Source of the DNA: a bacterium
GTDB lineage: Bacteria > Patescibacteriota > Minisyncoccia > Minisyncoccales > CG1-02-41-26
NCBI GenBank assembly: GCA_030603395.1
Contig: JAUVXX010000004.1
Coordinates: 3,597 to 67,596 of the forward strand
DNA: 64,000 nt
Reading direction: 5' to 3'
Numbering within the stretch: the first letter of the stretch is position 1; each line of letters begins with the position of its first letter. Both the position numbers and the translations under genes were made by a program. Shown in pieces: positions 35,179 to 45,237 of this stretch. Under the pieces are notes generated by a model. The model saw only the letters and a program-made list of their open reading frames with translations, was not told the DNA's origin and ran no database searches.

Positions 35179-37224
35179 ATGTTGTTTTCTTACAATTGGT
35201 TGAAGGATTATCTAAAAGGCAAAACGCCAACTCCTCAAAAATTGGCAGAGATTTTGACCAGGCACAGCTTTGAGGTGGAGAGCGTTGTTAAAAAAGGCAA
35301 TGATTTTGTCTTGGATATTGATGTTCTGTCCAACCGGGCACCCGATTGCCTATCGCATTTGGGAATTGCTCGGGAAATAGCAGCTATTCTTAACTCCGAA
35401 CTCCAATCTCCAGATTCTAAGTTCAAAGAAGACAAAAAATTAAAAGCCAGAAATTTTGTTAGCATAGAAGTTAAAAACAAAGCTGATTGTCCCCGTTACA
35501 GCGCCAAAGTAATTTCAGGAGTGAGAGTGAAATCCGCGCCCGGATGGATTCAAGAAAGATTGAGGGCTTGCGGGCTTCAGCCGATTAATAATATCGTTGA
35601 CATCACCAATTACGTAATGTTGGAAACCGGCCAGCCAATCCATGCTTTTGACCTTGATAAAGTTGGCAAGAAAATTGTGGTCAGAAGAGCCAGGAAGGGA
35701 GAGAGAATAAAAGCTTTGGACGATAAAACTTATAACTTAGATGGAGATATCTTGGTGATAGCTGACTCAAAAAGACCCATAGCTATTGCTGGCATCAAAG
35801 GGGGGGAGAGAACCGGCATTGATTCTAAAACAAAGAAGATTGTTGTTGAAGCCGCCAATTTCAACCAGAAAGTGGTTCGTCAGGGTTCCAAGAAATTAAA
35901 ACTAAGAACTGATGCTTCTTGGCGATTTGAAAATGGCCTCACACCCGAACTGGTTGACCTCGCCCAGGAGAGAGTTGCCTTTTTGATTCAAAAGATAGCC
36001 GAAGGGAAAGTAGCTCAAGGATTGGTTGATTTTTACCCAAAAAAGATTCTTCCCAAGAAAATAAACCTTGATTTAAATTATGTTGAGAGATTACTGGGAA
36101 TTAAAGTTTCAAAAAATAAAGTAAAGAATATCCTTCAAAAATTAGGATTTAAAGTGACAGAGACCCGACCTCCTCAACTGAAAGTGGAGGTGCCGACCAG
36201 GAGATTGGACATTTCAATCCAAGAAGATTTAATTGAGGAGATAGGGAGGATTATTGGCTTTCAAAACATTCCCTCAATTTTTCCTCAAGCCGCTTTAATT
36301 TCTCCCAAGAAAAATGAAGAGCTTTTTTGGCAAAGAAATATCAAAAACATTTTAAAAGAAGCAGGCTTCTCCGAAGTTTATAATTACTCTTTTATGGGAG
36401 ATAAGGAAAAGGGGATTTTCGGCCGGAGAAAGCATAACCTGATAGAATTGGCCAATCCGATGAGTTCCTTTAATAAGTATTTGAGGCCAAGCTTGATTTC
36501 CAATTTGTTAAGAAATATTAAAGACAACTTAAAATATTTTGACCAGATAAAACTTTTTGAACTTGGAAAAGTTTTTATCAAAAAACAAAACTTATGGGAA
36601 AGGAAAATGTTGACAGGGATTTTAACAAGAGAGGGCATCAAAGATGAGGGTTTTTATGAATTGAAAGGGATAGTTGATTCTTTACTGGCTAAATTGGGCA
36701 TAGCTGATGTCTGGTATGATGATTACCGCCAGACCCCCGAGTACTCAGAAGCAGAAATCTGGCATCCTCAAAAATCAGCCGAGATTAAAAGCAACGGAGA
36801 GGAAATTGGCTTTTTGGGAGAAATTCACCCTAAGGTCACAGAAATCCTGGACATCAAAGAAAGAGTGTTTGTTTTTGATGTCAGCTTTGAGAAATTACTG
36901 AAACTTGCCTCAGAAGAGCAGGTATATCAACCTATTTCTGCTTACCCAGCGGCCATTCGTGACTTAGCTATTTTGGTTCCCCAAGGAACGAAAGTGGTTG
37001 AGATTTTAAACAAAATGAATATCGGGGGAGGGAAATTGGTTCGAGATATTGACCTTTTTGATGTTTACAGTGGCGAGGGAATTCCTCAGGGTAAAGAAAA
37101 TTTTGCTTTTCACATTATTTACCAAGCTCGAGATAGAACTTTATCTTCTAAAGAAATTGATAAAGTTCACCAAAGAATAACTGAAACTCTGGAGGAGAAT
37201 CCGGCCTGGGAAGTAAGAAGATAA
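35179..37224 (+). CDS. pheT: Phenylalanyl-tRNA synthetase beta subunit (short, 681 aa)
   Basis: MLFSYNWLKDYL N-terminus with B3/4, B5 and FDX-ACB-like regions. Confidence 0.9.
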   Translation: MLFSYNWLKDYLKGKTPTPQKLAEILTRHSFEVESVVKKGNDFVLDIDVLSNRAPDCLSHLGIAREIAAILNSELQSPDSKFKEDKKLKARNFVSIEVKNKADCPRYSAKVISGVRVKSAPGWIQERLRACGLQPINNIVDITNYVMLETGQPIHAFDLDKVGKKIVVRRARKGERIKALDDKTYNLDGDILVIADSKRPIAIAGIKGGERTGIDSKTKKIVVEAANFNQKVVRQGSKKLKLRTDASWRFENGLTPELVDLAQERVAFLIQKIAEGKVAQGLVDFYPKKILPKKINLDLNYVERLLGIKVSKNKVKNILQKLGFKVTETRPPQLKVEVPTRRLDISIQEDLIEEIGRIIGFQNIPSIFPQAALISPKKNEELFWQRNIKNILKEAGFSEVYNYSFMGDKEKGIFGRRKHNLIELANPMSSFNKYLRPSLISNLLRNIKDNLKYFDQIKLFELGKVFIKKQNLWERKMLTGILTREGIKDEGFYELKGIVDSLLAKLGIADVWYDDYRQTPEYSEAEIWHPQKSAEIKSNGEEIGFLGEIHPKVTEILDIKERVFVFDVSFEKLLKLASEEQVYQPISAYPAAIRDLAILVPQGTKVVEILNKMNIGGGKLVRDIDLFDVYSGEGIPQGKENFAFHIIYQARDRTLSSKEIDKVHQRITETLEENPAWEVRR

Positions 37225-37234
37225 AAATTTCTAA

Positions 37235-39211
<1,977 letters not shown>

Positions 39212-39236
39212 AGATGGCTAAATTCCAAAGGAGGGG

Positions 39237-39265
39237 TTGACAAGTTTAGAGAAGGGCTTTAATAT
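39237..39265 (+). promoter_or_regulatory. Promoter upstream of secE
   Basis: GGGGTTGACA, a 17-nt spacer, then TAATAT. Confidence 0.55.
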
Positions 39266-39301
39266 TGATTTAGAGCCCGAGAGGGCTTTTTTTAAAAAAC
39301 A

Positions 39302-39496
39302 TTGATGAATTTTTTAACTAAAATTAAAACTTTCTTTAAAGAAGTTTGGATTGAAGGCAAGAAGGTTGACTGGCCAACTCGTCAGCAAACTTTCAGATAC
39401 ACCTTGATTATTATTGGGATTTCGGCGGCCGTGGCTGCCTTTTTAGGAATTTTGGACTTCGGATTTCTTAAGATTTTAAACAGAATCATCTTTTGA
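39302..39496 (+). CDS. secE: Preprotein translocase subunit SecE
   Basis: 64 aa with a single C-terminal TM, a KKVDWPT motif and position upstream of nusG. Confidence 0.7.
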   Translation: MMNFLTKIKTFFKEVWIEGKKVDWPTRQQTFRYTLIIIGISAAVAAFLGILDFGFLKILNRIIF

Positions 39497-39528
39497 AGAG
39501 TCCGTTAGATTTGAGTAGTCTATTAGAT

Positions 39529-39640
39529 AGGAGAGGGGTCGGGAGAACCGCAGGTTCTCCCGTGTAGGAAAAGATTAAAAACCGAGGGTTTTTAAAGAGC
39601 GGTGTTAGCGCCCCGCCACAGCGGGGGTGCGTGCCGCGAC
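39529..39640 (+). ncRNA. Unclassified structured RNA motif, copy 2 (nusG 5' leader)
   Basis: Homologous to 31089-31224 with compensatory changes in two helices. It ends 18 nt before the nusG ATG. Confidence 0.5.
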
Positions 39641-39658
39641 TTACTCCCTGGCACCATT

Positions 39659-40204
39659 ATGCCAAAGCAAAAAATACAACAAGGTAAAAATTGGTATGTT
39701 CTCCATACCTATCCCGGAGAAGAGGATGCGGTGGCTCGGAATTTAAAACAACGTATTGAAAGTTTGAGCATGGAAGATAAAATCTTCAATGTTTTGGTAC
39801 CCAAAGAAAAAAAGATTAAGATTAAAAACGGCAAAAGGAAAGTAGTTGAGGAAAAGATTTATCCGGGGTATATCTTGGTTGAGATGGTGGTTACTGACGA
39901 CTCTTGGTATGTGGTCAGGAATACCCCTCGAGTGACCGGATTTATTGGGGCAGGGACCACTCCCGTTCCCGTTTCTTCCCAAGAAATAGATATTCTTAAG
40001 AAGAGAATGGGGGTTGAAGCTCCTCAATACAAGATTGATGTTACTCCCGGAAGTTTAATCAGGATTACCGATGGTTCGTTTAAAGATTTTGAGGGAAAGG
40101 TTTCAGAGATTGATGAGGAGAGAGGAAAAATTAAAGTTTTGGTAAATATTTTTGGCAGAGATACTCCGGTGGAGGTTGACTCTCTGCAAGTCAAAAAGTT
40201 ATAA
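39659..40204 (+). CDS. nusG: Transcription termination/antitermination factor NusG
   Basis: WYVLHTYPGEE, a KOW region. The start was set at MPKQK because the track start at 39602 lies within the RNA motif. Confidence 0.9.
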   Translation: MPKQKIQQGKNWYVLHTYPGEEDAVARNLKQRIESLSMEDKIFNVLVPKEKKIKIKNGKRKVVEEKIYPGYILVEMVVTDDSWYVVRNTPRVTGFIGAGTTPVPVSSQEIDILKKRMGVEAPQYKIDVTPGSLIRITDGSFKDFEGKVSEIDEERGKIKVLVNIFGRDTPVEVDSLQVKKL

Positions 40205-40348
40205 GCGCTCGGGTAGCTTGCCTCGGGGAGCAAACGGTCATTTGGGTGTTTGACAGAATAGTTTCCTTGAACGCCAAGTACATAAAAGTTCTCATGTTCG
40301 GTCATCCCCACCCGCCCTCCATGCTCTCCTCGGCAACTACCCTCGCCC
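40205..40348 (+). other. Long-range hairpin with a C-rich tract (element X2) in the nusG-rplK spacer
   Basis: GCGCTCGGGTAGCTTGCC... (40205-40231) pairs with ...GGCAACTACCCTCGCC (40323-40347). The tract CCCCACCCGCCCTCCATGC resembles the X1 loop. Confidence 0.5.
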
Positions 40349-40367
40349 TTAATTACCTTATCTTAAT

Positions 40368-40790
40368 ATGGCTAAAAAAGTAGCAGCAACAGTAAAACTT
40401 CATATTCCGGCTGGTAAAGCGACGCCAGCCCCACCTATCGGGCCTGCTTTGGCTCAGCATGGCGTAAATATCGGGGATTTTTGTCAGAAATTTAATGAGG
40501 CCAGTAAAGGACAGGAGGGTTTTACTCTTCCGGTAGAGGTTAGCATTTACCAAGATAGAACTTTTGATTTTAAATTGAAGACCCCTTTGGCCTCAGAACT
40601 AATAAAGAAAGCGGCTGGCATTGAAAAAGGTTCTGGTGAACCCAATAAAACCAAGGTTGGTAAAATTACCAAAGCTCAGTTAAGAGAGATTGCTCAAAAA
40701 AAGATACCTGATTTAAATACTGAAAATATTGACAAAGCCATGAAAATAATAGAAGGCACCGCCAAGAATATGGGAGTTACGGTCGAGTAA
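40368..40790 (+). CDS. rplK: 50S ribosomal protein L11
   Basis: MAKKV..., [22 protein letters not shown]. Confidence 0.95.
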   Translation: MAKKVAATVKLHIPAGKATPAPPIGPALAQHGVNIGDFCQKFNEASKGQEGFTLPVEVSIYQDRTFDFKLKTPLASELIKKAAGIEKGSGEPNKTKVGKITKAQLREIAQKKIPDLNTENIDKAMKIIEGTAKNMGVTVE

Positions 40791-40805
40791 TTCACACTTT
40801 TAAAT

Positions 40806-41381
40806 ATGATACTTTCCGACAAAGACATAAAAAAATATATCAAAGAGGGAAAGATTAAAATTACACCTAAGCCCAATTTCAAAGAACAATTAGGGCCTTG
40901 CTCTCTGGATTTGCATTTGGGTAATATTTTTAAAACTTTCAAGCCCTCTCAATATCCCTATTTAGACCTCAAAAGGATGGTCAATTTCGAGAAGTTTATG
41001 GAGGAAGTGAAGATACAGGACGATGCTCCTTTTATCTTACAGCCCAAAGAGTTTGTTTTGGCCATCACCAAAGAAGAGATTGCTTTGAGTAATGATTTGA
41101 TGGCTCGACTTGATGGTAGAAGTTCCATTGGCAGATTGGGAGTGGTTGTTCATTCAACAGCAGCCCGTTTTGACCCGGGCTGGCAAGGAAAGGCAGTCAT
41201 GGAACTTGGTAATTTGGGAATTATGCCAGTCGTTTTATATTCTGGGATGCGGATTTGTGCCCTAACTTTCGAAACTCTTTCTTCTCCCTGCGAGACCCCT
41301 TACTCAAAAAAGAAAGCCCAGAAATACGCTAAACAGAAATCACCCAGAGCTAGCAGAATAAATCAAGAATTTAAAAAATAA
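40806..41381 (+). CDS. dcd: dCTP deaminase
   Basis: LDGRSSIGRLGVVVH and DPGWQG match Dcd (E. coli LDGRSSLARLGLMVH, DPGWSG). Confidence 0.9.
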   Translation: MILSDKDIKKYIKEGKIKITPKPNFKEQLGPCSLDLHLGNIFKTFKPSQYPYLDLKRMVNFEKFMEEVKIQDDAPFILQPKEFVLAITKEEIALSNDLMARLDGRSSIGRLGVVVHSTAARFDPGWQGKAVMELGNLGIMPVVLYSGMRICALTFETLSSPCETPYSKKKAQKYAKQKSPRASRINQEFKK

Positions 41382-41394
41382 TTAATAAAAGCCC

Positions 41395-42258
41395 ATGGCA
41401 GAAGACCTCAAAAACTGGCCGCCGGTTGAGGGAAGATACGTCTTGGGAAATAAGAAATCTCCCATAGCTGTTTGTACCAATGCCACGGTTGAAGGAATCA
41501 AAGTGGACATGAAAAAGGTGGCTATTATTGGGAAATGCGCTACCGAAAATATTGGTGTTGAGAAGATAATTCAAAATATTGTTTCTAATCCCAACATCAG
41601 GTATCTGGTTCTTTGCGGAAAGCCATCAAAGGGTCATTTTGTTGCTCAAGCCATTGAAAGTCTAATCAAGAACGGAGTTGATGAGAAAAAAAGAATTACT
41701 GGAGCTAAGGGCAACATGCCTTATTTAAAAAATATTGCCAAAGAATTGATTGAGAGATTTAGAAAGCAAATTACTCCGGTAAATCTTATGGGAGAGACCA
41801 CTTCTCAAGGAATTATGGGTGTGATAGACGAACTTTTGGCAACGAAACCCGAGGAATTTAAACACGGGGCAATTAAAATTAAAAAAGTTGAGGAGATAGA
41901 AGCTCACCCTTGTCCTGACTGGATCCCTGACCCCAAGGGATTTTTCGTTGTCTCCATTGATAGAGCAAGAAACAAGCTATTGGTTGAACACTACCAGGAT
42001 AATAAACTAAAAAATAAGATAATCGGGGATTCAGCAGAAGGTATTTGCAAGACAATCGCCAACCTTAATTTGATAGGGGATTTTGGCGGGACTTTGGAAC
42101 ACTCAATGTATTTAGCCAGAGAGCTTCAAAAAGCCGAACTTGCTCTGAGCAGCAATTCGGATTATGAGCAGGACGGAGAGCTCAAGATGAAAAAAGGTAA
42201 AGAAAAAAAAGAAACATTAAAAGAAGAACCAGTCGGTGAATACGACTGGCACGACTAA
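41395..42258 (+). CDS. Soluble MtrA-like (corrinoid-binding methyltransferase subunit A family) protein with a DUF4346-like C-terminal region
   Basis: WPPVEGRYVLGNKKSPIAVCT, CATENIGVEKIIQNIVSNPNIRYLVLCGKPSKGHFVAQAIESLIKNGVD follows the MtrA pattern as recalled, including the His in the GH motif. There is no C-terminal TM helix. Confidence 0.6.
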   Translation: MAEDLKNWPPVEGRYVLGNKKSPIAVCTNATVEGIKVDMKKVAIIGKCATENIGVEKIIQNIVSNPNIRYLVLCGKPSKGHFVAQAIESLIKNGVDEKKRITGAKGNMPYLKNIAKELIERFRKQITPVNLMGETTSQGIMGVIDELLATKPEEFKHGAIKIKKVEEIEAHPCPDWIPDPKGFFVVSIDRARNKLLVEHYQDNKLKNKIIGDSAEGICKTIANLNLIGDFGGTLEHSMYLARELQKAELALSSNSDYEQDGELKMKKGKEKKETLKEEPVGEYDWHD

Positions 42259-42262
42259 AACC

Positions 42263-43039
42263 ATGTACGAAACAAAAATAATTGAGGCAAAAACTTTAGG
42301 TGAGGCCTGGGAAAAGGCCTGTATCTTAATGCTCAAAGAAGGACATAACCGTTATGTCCAGGCTCCGGAGTATCAGATAGAGACCAAAGATTTACCTTTA
42401 ATGATTAAGGTTGCTGAACCCTTTTCAGAACCAAGATTAAGCGATAAGGCCAGCACCAATAAAGAGCAAGCCGATGACTATGCCAAAAAGTTTATCGGGG
42501 GCTCGGGAAAAGAGCAGGAGAACAGTTTTGATTACACTTATTACTCCCGACTTAGATGTTATCCCGATTGCCGAGTCAGGGCTTTTTTGCCAAGCGTAAC
42601 TGACTCTGAGGAGGAATTGCGAAAGCACGTGAAAAAGATTTCTCCTGAGGGAAAATGCGTGGTTGAACGAATTGACCAGGTAGAGAAAGCCATTAAAATT
42701 TTGAAGAGAGACCCAACCAGGAGAACCGTAGTTATGCATACCTGGATTCCCTTTCGGGACCTAATGAAGTTTGGCCCCAAGAGGGAAGATACTTCCTCGC
42801 CCTGCGTTCTCTTGTTTTATCCTCAACTGGTAGACGGGAAATTACATATGTTTGTGGTTATGAAAACCAATGATTTATATAACGCTTGGCCAGAAAATGC
42901 TTATGCCTTCACTTGCTTACAAAAATATATGGCAGATGAACTTAAGGTGGCCACCGGAACTTACACTCATTTTTCAATAAGCATGCAAATCTACAAGGAT
43001 ATGTACGAGGAGGCAAAAAAGAAATTTAATCTGACATAG
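42263..43039 (+). CDS. Divergent thymidylate synthase (ThyA superfamily) homolog. GTG at 42236 is an alternative start.
   Basis: IDQVEKAIKILKRDPTRRTVV, SPCVLLFYPQLVDGKLHMFVVMKTNDLYNAWPEN aligns with ThyA IDQ...DP.SRR, PCH..FQFYV.DGKL...QRSCD...G.PFN. Confidence 0.6.
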   Translation: MYETKIIEAKTLGEAWEKACILMLKEGHNRYVQAPEYQIETKDLPLMIKVAEPFSEPRLSDKASTNKEQADDYAKKFIGGSGKEQENSFDYTYYSRLRCYPDCRVRAFLPSVTDSEEELRKHVKKISPEGKCVVERIDQVEKAIKILKRDPTRRTVVMHTWIPFRDLMKFGPKREDTSSPCVLLFYPQLVDGKLHMFVVMKTNDLYNAWPENAYAFTCLQKYMADELKVATGTYTHFSISMQIYKDMYEEAKKKFNLT

Positions 43040-43041
43040 TT

Positions 43042-43713
43042 ATGAGAAAAATTAATCCAGCAAAAATCATTGACCATACCAACATAGACCTTTCTGCAAC
43101 CGCCAGAGACATTAAAAAAACCTGCCAGGAAGCCAAGAGATATGGTTTCCGGGGAGTTTGCGTCAACCCAGAGTGGGTGAGTTTGGTGAGCCGAGAATTA
43201 AAAGGAAAGAAAATTAAGATTTGTGTTTTAATTGACCCGCCTATGGGTCTGAGTCCGCATTCCAAAAGAGTTGAGGTCGCCAAAGAAGCAAAAAAAGATG
43301 GGGCAGACGAGCTGGATGTTGTGATGAATGTTATTGACCTGAAATACGAAAGATATGACGAAATCTCAGCTGACCTAAAAGAGATTTGTCGGACTTTACC
43401 AACCAAGGTGATTATCGGCTCAGGATACCTAACCGACCAAGAAATCAGTAAAGCTTCAGAAATAGTTAAAAAAGCTGGGGCTTTTTGCGTGAAAACAGCC
43501 ACGGAAAAAGACCCCTTGGAGCACATTGAACTGAAAGAAAAAGCCAAACATCTTCAGATTATGGCTACCGCAGCTCCCGGCTTGAAGATTAAAGCTTCTG
43601 GTAAAATTAAAACTTACCAAGATGTTATCAAGGTGGTTGAAGCGGGAGCTGATATTGTAGGAAGTAGTTCTTCGGTTAAGATTATACAAGGATATAGGAG
43701 GAGAAAAACGTAA
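43042..43713 (+). CDS. deoC: Deoxyribose-phosphate aldolase
   Basis: IDHTNIDLSATARDIKKTCQEAKRYGFRGVCVNPEWV and FCVKTAT (Schiff-base Lys region). Confidence 0.85.
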   Translation: MRKINPAKIIDHTNIDLSATARDIKKTCQEAKRYGFRGVCVNPEWVSLVSRELKGKKIKICVLIDPPMGLSPHSKRVEVAKEAKKDGADELDVVMNVIDLKYERYDEISADLKEICRTLPTKVIIGSGYLTDQEISKASEIVKKAGAFCVKTATEKDPLEHIELKEKAKHLQIMATAAPGLKIKASGKIKTYQDVIKVVEAGADIVGSSSSVKIIQGYRRRKT

Positions 43714-43752
43714 ATTTCTAATTTCTAATTTCTAATTTCCAATTTCCAATTT
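43714..43752 (+). repeat. G-free heptad tandem repeat forming the whole deoC-gatB spacer
   Basis: ATTTCTA x3 and ATTTCCA x2, then ATTT, ending at the gatB ATG. Confidence 0.9.
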
Positions 43753-45234
43753 ATGTACAAGCCAATAATTGGTCTTGAGATTCACGTTGAGCTGAAAACA
43801 AAGTCCAAGCTGTTTTGTGCTTGCAGTAACAATCCGGACGAAACGAAGCCCAATGTAAACATTTGCCCTATTTGTATGGGGCATCCAGGAGTTCTTCCTG
43901 TAATTAATAAAGAGGCAGTAAAAAAAATAGTTAAAGCTGCTTTAGCTTTGAATTGTGAGATTGCTAAAAGTTCTGAGTTTTACCGAAAACTTTATTTTTA
44001 TCCTGACCTGCCCAAGGGATATCAGATAAGCCAGGACATCTCTCCTTTAGCCAAAAATGGTTTTATCAAAATTGACGGTAAAAAAATACGCGTTCATGAA
44101 ATTCACTTAGAAGAAGATGTGGCCAAATTAGTTCACCCCCAGGGAGAAGATTATTCTTTAGTGGATTTTAATCGGGCAGGGATTCCTCTAATAGAATTGG
44201 TAACAGAGCCAGACATTAATTCAGCGTTAGTAGCAAGAAGATTCGCCCAGGAGTTGCAGCTGATTTTAAGGTATTTGAATGTTTCTGATGCTAATATGGA
44301 AAAGGGCCAAATGCGAGTTGAAGTCAATGTTTCACTTTCTTCCGAACATAGCAAAAAATTAGGCACTAAGGTTGAAATTAAGAATTTAAATTCTTTCCGG
44401 GCGGTAAACGAGGCAACAAATTTTGAAATTGCCAGACAAAAAAAACTATTGGAAGAAAATAAAAAAGTAGTTCCCGAAACAATGGGCTGGGATGACGAAA
44501 AAAGATTGACATTTTCTCAGAGAGAAAAAGGAGGAGGCGCCTTTTCTACAGAAGATTTTCATGCGCCAGAACCCAACCTTTTTCCGCTTCGTCTTACAGA
44601 TACCTACATTGAAAAAATTCGGTCAGAGATTCCAGAATTACCTTCTCAAAGAGAAGAAAGGTTTAAAAAAGAATACCATCTTTCAGGTAAAGAGATAGGG
44701 CTTTATGTTATTCAAAAGGATTTAGGGGAATATTTTGAAAAAGTGGTTTCGGAATTGAACAATTGGGTCAAAGCCAAGAAATTAAAAGAGAAAATCACCG
44801 GAAATGAATTTAAAAAATTAGTTAAATTGGCTTCAAATTATATCTCAACCGATCTCCAGGGTCTTTTGAGGGGGGCTTCGGCTAGGGGAGAGGATTTTTT
44901 AATTACTCCTGAAAACTTTGCTGAATTTATCAGTATGATTTATTTGGGTGAGATTTCAAGCAAGATTGCCAAAACTTTGTTAAAAGAAATGTTTGGTGCA
45001 GGAGGAGACCCTTCTCAAATTATTGAAGAGAAAGGATTGCGCCAGATTACCGATGAAACAGAGCTTGAGAAAATTGCTAAGGACGTGATTAAAAAGAACC
45101 CCAAGCCGGTTGGAGATTACCAGAAAGGCAAAGAGGAGGCATTGCAATTTTTAGTGGGACAGATTATGGCTCAAACTAAAGGGAAGGCCAATCCCGAGAA
45201 AATAAATAAAATCTTGCGAAAATTATTAAGTTAA
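43753..45234 (+). CDS. gatB: Glu/Asp-tRNA amidotransferase subunit B
   Basis: IGLEIHVEL, CPICMGHPGVLP and a C-terminal YqeY-like tail. Confidence 0.9.
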   Translation: MYKPIIGLEIHVELKTKSKLFCACSNNPDETKPNVNICPICMGHPGVLPVINKEAVKKIVKAALALNCEIAKSSEFYRKLYFYPDLPKGYQISQDISPLAKNGFIKIDGKKIRVHEIHLEEDVAKLVHPQGEDYSLVDFNRAGIPLIELVTEPDINSALVARRFAQELQLILRYLNVSDANMEKGQMRVEVNVSLSSEHSKKLGTKVEIKNLNSFRAVNEATNFEIARQKKLLEENKKVVPETMGWDDEKRLTFSQREKGGGAFSTEDFHAPEPNLFPLRLTDTYIEKIRSEIPELPSQREERFKKEYHLSGKEIGLYVIQKDLGEYFEKVVSELNNWVKAKKLKEKITGNEFKKLVKLASNYISTDLQGLLRGASARGEDFLITPENFAEFISMIYLGEISSKIAKTLLKEMFGAGGDPSQIIEEKGLRQITDETELEKIAKDVIKKNPKPVGDYQKGKEEALQFLVGQIMAQTKGKANPEKINKILRKLLS

Positions 45235-45237
45235 ATT

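Noticed and set aside
39266-39293. AGCCC-GAGA-GGGCT + T7 hairpin as the gyrB terminator or a secE attenuator
   Set aside because: It lies only a few nt downstream of the predicted secE -10 (39260-39265). If that promoter is real, the hairpin would sit at the very 5' end of the transcript, so its role is ambiguous and the stem is only 5 bp.
39602-39658. N-terminal extension of NusG from the GTG start given in the ORF track
   Set aside because: The extension lies inside the conserved RNA motif, and its peptide (MLAPRHSGGACRDLLPGTI) is unlike NusG N-termini. The ATG at 39659 gives a canonical MPK...WYVLHT start.
43714-43752. Heptad tandem repeats considered as a CRISPR array or minisatellite
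   Set aside because: The units are 7 nt with no spacers. There are no repeats of 24-40 nt anywhere in the window, and no cas genes apart from the solitary Cas4-like nuclease.
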